From NCBI GenBank assembly GCA_964016885.1, contig OZ024744.1, positions 67,146,001-67,210,000 of the forward strand: 64,000 nucleotides of DNA, read 5' to 3'. This DNA comes from Eledone cirrhosa. Lineage: Eukaryota. Position numbers and translations under genes: made by a program. This document shows, in pieces, positions 55,301-64,000 of the stretch (positions are counted from its first letter, which is position 1; each line of letters starts with the position of its first letter). Under the pieces are notes generated by a model, which was not told the DNA's origin, did not search any database, and saw only the letters and a list, made by a program, of their open reading frames with translations.

Positions 55301-58300
55301 CATTATTTTCAAACAGTATTCCCTGTTGACCTTCATGTTTTGCTAACATTTTAATATTCCTTGAAGTTTTAATTACAGAATAGCCACTCTTTTCAGACAG
55401 TATTCCCTGTTGACCTGCATATTTTGCAAACATTTTAATATTTTTTTGTGGCTTTAATTGCAGAATCACCATTATTTTCAAACAGTATTCCCTGTTGACC
55501 TTCATGTTTTGGTAATATTTTAATATTCTTTGTGGCTTTAATTGCAGAATCACCATTATATTCAAACAGCATTCCCTGTTTACCTTCATGTTTTGCTAAT
55601 ATTTTAATATTCTTTGTGGCTTTAATTGCAGAATCACCATTATTTTCAAAGAGTATTCCCTGTTTTACCTTCATGTTTTGCTAATATTTTAATATACTTT
55701 GCGGCTGCAATTGCAGAATCACCATTATTTTCAAACAGTATTCCCTGTTGACCTTCAGGTTTTGCTAACATTTTAATATTCTTTGTGACTTTAATTGCAG
55801 AATCACCATTATTTTCAAACAGTATTCCCTGTTGACTTTCATATTTTGCTAACATTTAAATATTCATTGCGGCTTTAATTGCAGAATCAGTATTATTTTC
55901 AAACAGTATTCCCTGTTGACCTTCATGCTTTCCTAACGTTTTAATATTCTTTGTGGCTTCAATTGCAGAATCACCATTGTTTTCGAACAGTATTCCCTGT
56001 TGACCTTCATGTTTTGGTAATATTTTAATATTCTTTGTGGCTTTAATTGCAGAATCACCATCGTGTTCGAATACTATTCCCTGTTGACCTTCATATTTTA
56101 CTAACATTTAAATATTCTTTGTGGCTTTAATTGCAGAATCAGTATTATTTTCAAACAGTATTCCCTGTTGACCTTCATGCTTTCCTAACATTTTAATATG
56201 CTTTGTGGCTTTAATTGCAGAATTACCATTATTTTCAAACAGTATTGCCTATTGACCTTCATCTTTTCATGACATTTTAATATATTTTTGTGACTTTAAT
56301 TGCAGAATCACCATTATTTTCAAACACTATTCCCTGTTGACCTTCATACTTTGCTAATATTTTAATACTCTTTGTGGTTTAAATTGCAGAATCACCATTA
56401 TTTTCAAACAGTATTCCCTGTTGACCTTCATGTTTTGCTAACATTTCAATATACTTTGCGGCTTTAATTGCAGAATCAGCATCATTTTCAAACAGTATTC
56501 CCTGTTGACCTTCATGCTTTCATAACATTTTAATATATTTTTGTGGCTTTAATTGCAGAATCACCATTATTTTCAAACACTATTCCCTGTTGACCTTCAT
56601 GCTTTGCTATATTTTAATACTTTTTGTGGTTTAAATTGCAGAATCACCATTATTTTCAAACAGTATTCCCTGTTGACCTTCAGGTTTTGCTAATATTTTA
56701 ATATTCTTTGTGGCTTTAATTTCAGAATCACCATTATTTTCAAAGAGTATTCCCTGTTCTACCTTCATGTTGTGCTAATATTTTAATATACTTTGCGGCT
56801 GCAATTGCAGAATCACCATTATTTTCAAACAGTATTCCCTGTTGACCTTCAGGTTTTGCTAACATTTTAATATTCTTTGTGACTTTAATTGCAGAATCAC
56901 CATTATTTTCAAACAGTATTCCCTGTTGACCTTCATATTTTGCTAACATTTAAATATTCTTTGCGGCTTTAATTGCAGAATCAGTATTATTTTCAAACAG
57001 TTTTCCCTGTTGAACTTCATGCTTTCCTAACGTTTTAATATTCTTTGTGGCTTTAATTGCAGAATCACCATTGTTTTAGAACAGTATTCCCTGTTGACCT
57101 TCATGTTTAGCTAACATTTAAATATTCTTTGCGGCTTTAATTGCAGAATCACCATTGTTTTCGAACAGTATTCCCTGTTGACCTTCATATTTTGCTAACC
57201 TTTAAATATTCTTTGTGGCTTTAATTGCAGAATCAGTATTATTTTCAAACAGCATTCCCTGATGACCTTCATCCTTTCCTAACGTTTTAATATTCTTTGT
57301 GGCTTTAATTGCAGAATTACCATTATTTTCAAACAGTATTGCCTATTGACCTTCATCTTTTCATAACATTTTAATATTTTTTTGTGGCTTTAATTGCAGA
57401 ATCACCATTATTTTCAAACAGTATTCCCTGTTTTACCTTCATGTTTTGCTAATATTTTAATATACTTTGCGGCTTTAATTGCAGAATCACCATTATTTTC
57501 AAAGAGTATTCCCTGTTTTACCTTCATGTTTTGCTAATATTTTAATATACTTTGCGGCTGCAATTGCAGAATCACCATTATTTTCAAACAGTATTCCCTT
57601 GTGACCTTCAGGTTTTGCTAACATTTTAATATTATTTGTGACTTTAATTGCAGAATCACCCTTATTTTCAAACAGTATTCCCTGTTGACCTTCATGCTTT
57701 CCTAACGTTTTAATATTCTTTGTGGCTTTAATTGCAGAATCACCATTGTTTTCTAACAGTATTCCCTGTTGATCTTCATGTTTAGCTAACATGTAAATAT
57801 TCTTTGCGGCTTTAATTGCAGAATGACCATTGTTTTCGAACAGTATTCCCTGTTGACCTTCATATTTTGCTAACATTTAAATATTCTTTGCGGCTTTAAT
57901 TGCAGAATCAGTATTATTTTCAAATAGTATTCCCTGTTGACCTTCATGCTTTCCTAACGTTTTAATATTCTTTGTGGCTTTAATTACAGAATCACCATTA
58001 TTTTCAAACAGTATTCCCTGTTGACCTTCATGTTTTGCTAATATTTTTATATTCTTTGTGGCTTTAATTGCAGAAACCATTATTTCCAAGCATTATTCCC
58101 TGTTGACCTTCATATTTTGCTAACACTTAAATATTCTTTGCGGCTTTAATTGCAGAATCAGTATTATTTTCCAACAGTATTCCCTGTTGACCTTCATGCT
58201 TTCCTAACGTTTTAATATTCTTTGTGGCTTTAATTGCAGAATCACCATTATTTTCAAACAGTATTCCCTGTTGACCTTCATGTTTTGCTAATATTTTTAT

Positions 58301-61300
58301 ATTCTTTGTGGCTTTAATTGCAGAAACCATTATTTCCAAACATTATTCCCTGTTGACCTTCATGTTTTGCTAACATTTTAATATTCTTTGGGGCTTTACT
58401 TGCAGAATCACCATTATTTTCAAACAGTATTCCCTGTTGACCTTCATATTTTGCTAACATTTAAATATTCTTTGTGGCTTTAATTGCAGAATCAGCATCA
58501 TTTTCAAACAGTATTCCCTGTTGACCTTCATGCTTTCATAACATTTTAATATATTTTTGTGGCTTTAATTGCAGAATCACCATTATTTTCAAACACTATT
58601 CCCTGTTGACCTTCATGCTTTGCTAATATTTTAATACTTTTTGTGGTTTAAATTGCAGAATCACCATTATTTTCAAACAGTATTCCCTGTTGACCTTCAT
58701 GTTTTGCTAACATTTTAATATTCTTTGATGTTTTAATTACAGAATCACCACCATTTTCAGACAGTATTCCCTGTTGACCTTCATGCTTTGCTAATATTTT
58801 AACACTCTTTGTGGTTTAAATTGCAGAATCACCATTATTTTCAAACAGTATTCCCTGTTGACCTTCAGGTTTTGCTAATATTTTAATATTCTTTGTGGCT
58901 TTAATTTCAGAATCACCATTATTTTCAAAGATTATTCCCTGTTCTACCTTCATGTTTTGCTAATATTTTAATATACTTTGCGGCTGCAATTGCAGAATCA
59001 CCATTATTTTCAAACAGTATTCCCTGTTGACCTTCAGGTTTTGCTAACATTTTAATATTCTTTGTGACTTTAATTGCAGAATCACCATTATTTTCAAACA
59101 GTATTCCCTGTTGACCTTCATATTTTGCTAACATTTAAATATTCTTTGCGGCTTTAATTGCAGAATCAGTATTATTTTCAAACGGTTTTCCCTGTTGACC
59201 TTCATGCTTTCCTAACGTTTTAATATTCTTTGTGGCTTTAATTGCAGAATCACCATTGTTTTCTAACAGTATTCCCTGTTGATCTTCATGTTTAGCTAAC
59301 ATGTAAATATTCTTTGCGGCTTTAATTGCAGAATGACCATTGTTTTCGAACAGTATTCCCTGTTGACCTTCATATTTTGCTAACATTTAAATATTCTTTG
59401 CGGCTTTAATTGCAGAATCAGTATTATTTTCAAATAGTATTCCCTGTTGACCTTCATGCTTTCCTAACGTTTTAATATTCTTTGTGGCTTTAATTACAGA
59501 ATCACCATTATTTTCAAACAGTATTCCCTGTTGACCTTCATGTTTTGCTAATATTTTTATATTCTTTGTGGCTTTAATTGCAGAAACCATTATTTCCAAG
59601 CATTATTCCCTGTTGACCTTCATATTTTGCTAACACTTAAATATTCTTTGCGGCTTTAATTGCAGAATCAGTATTATTTTCCAACAGTATTCCCTGTTGA
59701 CCTTCATGCTTTCCTAACGTTTTAATATTCTTTGTGGCTTTAATTGCAGAATCACCATTATTTTCAAACAGTATTCCCTGTTGACCTTCATGTTTTGCTA
59801 ATATTTTTATATTCTTTGTGGCTTTAATTGCAGAAACCATTATTTCCAAACATTATTCCCTGTTGACCTTCATGTTTTGCTAACATTTTAATATTCTTTG
59901 GGGCTTTACTTGCAGAATCACCATTATTTTCAAACAGTATTCCCTGTTGACCTTCATATTTTGCTAACATTTAAATATTCTTTGTGGCTTTAATTGCAGA
60001 ATCAGCATCATTTTCAAACAGTATTCCCTGTTGACCTTCATGCTTTCATAACATTTTAATATATTTTTGTGGCTTTAATTGCAGAATCACCATTATTTTC
60101 AAACACTATTCCCTGTTGACCTTCATGCTTTGCTAATATTTTAATACTTTTTGTGGTTTAAATTGCAGAATCACCATTATTTTCAAACAGTATTCCCTGT
60201 TGACCTTCATGTTTTGCTAACATTTTAATATTCTTTGATGTTTTAATTACAGAATCACCACCATTTTCAGACAGTATTCCCTGTTGACCTTCATGCTTTG
60301 CTAATATTTTAACACTCTTTGTGGTTTAAATTGCAGAATCACCATTATTTTCAAACAGTATTCCCTGTTGACCTTCAGGTTTTGCTAATATTTTAATATT
60401 CTTTGTGGCTTTAATTTCAGAATCACCATTATTTTCAAAGATTATTCCCTGTTCTACCTTCATGTTTTGCTAATATTTTAATATACTTTGCGGCTGCAAT
60501 TGCAGAATCACCATTATTTTCAAACAGTATTCCCTGTTGACCTTCAGGTTTTGCTAACATTTTAATATTCTTTGTGACTTTAATTGCAGAATCACCATTA
60601 TTTTCAAACAGTATTCCCTGTTGACCTTCATATTTTGCTAACATTTAAATATTCTTTGCGGCTTTAATTGCAGAATCAGTATTATTTTCAAACGGTTTTC
60701 CCTGTTGACCTTCATGCTTTCCTAACGTTTTAATATTCTTTGTGGCTTTAATTGCAGAATCACCATTGTTTTCTAACAGTATTCCCTGTTGATCTTCATG
60801 TTTAGCTAACATGTAAATATTCTTTGCGGCTTTAATTGCAGAATGACCATTGTTTTCGAACAGTATTCCCTGTTGACCTTCATATTTTGCTAACATTTAA
60901 ATATTCTTTGCGGCTTTAATTGCAGAATCTGTATTTTTTTCAAATAGTATTCCCTGTTGACCTTCATGCTTTCCTAACGTTTTAATATTCTTTGTGGCTT
61001 TAATTACAGAATCACCATTATTTTCAAACAGTATTCCCTGTTGACCTTCATGTTTTGCTAATATTTTTATATTCTTTGTGGCTATAATTGCAGAAACCAT
61101 TATTTCCAAACATTATTCCCTGTTGACCTTCATATTTTGCTAACACTTAAATAATCTTTGCGGCTTTAATTGCAGAATCAGTATTATTTTCAAACAGTAT
61201 TCCCTGTTGACCTTCATGCTTTTCTAACGTTTTAATATTCTTTGTGGCTTTAATTGCAGAATCAGTATTATTTTCAAACAGTATTCCCTGTTGACCTTCA

Positions 61301-64000
61301 TGTTTTGCTAATATTTTTATATTCTTTGTGTCTTTAATTTCAGAATCACCATTATTTTCAAAGAGTATTCGCTGTTCTACCTTCATGTTTTGCTAATATT
61401 TGAATATACTTTGAGGCTGCAATTGCAGAAACCATTATTTCCAAACATTATTACCTGTTGACCTTCATGTTTTGCTAACATTTCAATATACTTTGCGGCT
61501 TTAATTGCAGAATCAGCATCATTTTCAAACAGTATTCCCTGTTGACCTTCATGCTTTCATAACATTTTAATATATTTTTGTGGCTTTAATTGCAGAATCA
61601 TCATTATTTTCAAACACTATTCCCTGTTGACCTTTATGCTTTGCTAATATTTTAATACTTTTTGTGGTTTAAATTGCAGAATCACCATTATTTTCGAACA
61701 GTATTCCCTGTTGACCTTCATATTTTGCTAACACTTAAATATTCTTTGCGGCTTTAATTGCAGAATCAGTATTATTTTCAAACAGTATTCCCTGTTGACC
61801 TTCATGCTTTGCTAATATTTTAATACTCTTTGTGGTTTAAATTGCAGAATCACCATTATTTTCAAACAGTATTCCCTGTTGACCTTCAGGTTTTGCTAAT
61901 ATTTTAATATTCTTTGTGGCTTTAATTTCAGAATCACCATTATTTTCAAAGAGTATTCGCTGTTCTACCTTCATGTTTTGCTAATATTTGAATATACTTT
62001 GAGGCTGCAATTGCAGAATCACCATTATTTTCAAACAGTATTCCCTGTTGACCTTCAGGTTTTGCTAACATTTTAATATTCTTTGTGACTTTAATTGCAG
62101 AATCACCATTATTTTCAAACACTATTCCCTGTTGACCTTCATATTTTGCTAACATTTAAATATTCTTTGTGGCTTTAATTGCAGAATTACCATTATTTTC
62201 AAACAGTATTGCCTATTGACCTTCATCTTTTCATGACATTTTAATATATTTTTGTGACCTTAATTGCTGAATCACCATTATTTTCAAATACTATTCCCTG
62301 TTGACCTTCATACTTTGCTAATATTTTAATACTCTTTGTGGTTTAAATTGCAGAATCACCATTATTTTCAAACAGTATTCCCTGTTGACCTTCATGTTTT
62401 GCTAACATTTCAATATACTTTGCGGCTTTAATTGCAGAATCAGCATCATTTTCAAACAGTATTCCCTGTTGACCTTCATGCTTTCATAACATTTTAATAT
62501 ATTTTTGTGGCTTTAATTGCAGAATCACCATTATTTTCAAACACTATTCCCTGTTGACCTTCATGCTTTGCTAATATTTTAATACTTTTTGTGGTTTAAA
62601 TTGCAGAATCACCATTATTTTCAAACAGTATTCCCTGTTGACCTTCATGTTTTGCTAACATTTTAATATTCTTTGATGTTTTAATTACAGAATCACCACC
62701 ATTTTCAGACAGTATTCCCTGTTGACCTTCATGCTTTGCTAATATTTTTAACACTCTTTGTGGTTTAAATTGCAGAATCACCATTATTTTCAAACAGTAT
62801 TCCCTGTTGACCTTCAGGTTTTGCTAATATTTTAATATTCTTTGTGGCTTTAATTTCAGAATCACCATTATTTTCAAAGATTATTCCCTGTTCTACCTTC
62901 ATGTTTTGCTAATATTTTAATATACTTTGCGGCTGCAATTGCAGAATCACCATTATTTTCAAACAGTATTCCCTGTTGACATTCAGGTTTTGCTAACATT
63001 TTAATATTCTTTGTGACTTTAATTGCAGAATCACCATTATTTTCAAACAGTATTCCCTGTTGACCTTCATATTTTGCTAACATTTAAATATTCTTTGCGG
63101 CTTTAATTGCAGAATCAGTATTATTTTCAAACGGTTTTCCCTGTTGACCTTCATGCTTTCCTAACGTTTTAATATTCTTTGTGGCTTTAATTGCAGAATC
63201 ACCATTGTTTTCTAACAGTATTCCCTGTTGATCTTCATGTTTAGCTAACATGTAAATATTCTTTGCGGCTTTAATTGCAGAATGACCATTGTTTTCGAAC
63301 AGTATTCCCTGTTGACCTTCATATTTTGCTAACATTTAAATATTCTTTGCGGCTTTAATTGCAGAATCTGTATTTTTTTCAAATAGTATTCCCTGTTGAC
63401 CTTCATGCTTTCCTAACGTTTTAATATTCTTTGTGGCTTTAATTACAGAATCACCATTATTTTCAAACAGTATTCCCTGTTGACCTTCATGTTTTGCTAA
63501 TATTTTTATATTCTTTGTGGCTATAATTGCAGAAACCATTATTTCCAAACATTATTCCCTGTTGACCTTCATATTTTGCTAACACTTAAATAATCTTTGC
63601 GGCTTTAATTGCAGAATCAGTATTATTTTCAAACAGTATTCCCTGTTGACCTTCATGCTTTCCTAACGTTTTAATATTCTTTGTGGCTTTAATTGCAGAA
63701 TCAGTATTATTTTCAAACAGTATTCCCTGTTGACCTTCATGTTTTGCTAATATTTTTATATTCTTTGTGTCTTTAATTGCAGAAACCATTATTTCCAAAC
63801 ATTATTACCTGTTGACCTTCATGTTTTGCTAACATTTTAATATTCTTTGTGGCTTTAATTGCAGAATCACCATTATTTTCAAACAGTATTCCCTGTTGAC
63901 CTTCGTATTTTGCTAACATTTAAATATTCTTTGTGGCTTTAGTTGCAGAATTACCATTATTTTCAAACAGTATTGCCTATTGACCTTCATCTTTTCATGA
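13338..64000. repeat. 84-bp tandem satellite array, ~600 monomers, running past the window end
   Basis: Consensus TTTGTGGCTTTAATTGCAGAATCACCATTATTTTCAAACAGTATTCCCTGTTGACCTTCATGTTTTGCTAACATTTTAATATTC repeated head-to-tail in one orientation. I saw no transposon insertion within it. Confidence 0.99.

Noticed and set aside
13543-63798. About 100 ORFs encoding MLAKHEGQQGILFENNGDSAIKATKNIK repeats as a giant repeat protein
   Set aside because: They follow from an 84-bp (3n) monomer. The frame is broken every few units by a recurrent TAA variant and by 1-2-bp indels that are themselves amplified in the higher-order repeats, which argues against coding selection.
13338-64000. CRISPR-like array
   Set aside because: The whole monomer is repeated with no unique spacers, there are no cas genes, and the context is eukaryotic.

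Overview
Eukaryotic, AT-rich, gene-free window. The SINE families, TA microsatellites and Dong/R4 LINE suggest a cephalopod, probably Octopus (my inference). Bases 1-13.3 kb are a dense pile of nested mobile-element remnants: Penelope-like pieces carrying minimal hammerhead ribozymes, two tRNA-derived SINE families, mariner-type and TTAA-type MITEs, an internally deleted Helitron with a second Helitron nested inside it in the opposite orientation, and a frameshifted, 5'-truncated R4/Dong-clade non-LTR retrotransposon (RT + restriction-like endonuclease). From ~13,338 to the window end (~50.6 kb, ~600 monomers) there is one uninterrupted 84-bp satellite array with locally changing higher-order repeats. 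The most notable items are (i) a 466-bp-period inverted-plus-tandem repeat with three intact hammerhead ribozyme motifs (retrozyme or Penelope pLTR-like) and (ii) the 84-bp (28-codon) satellite, its layered higher-order structure and its uncertain origin. No intact host protein-coding gene is supported.
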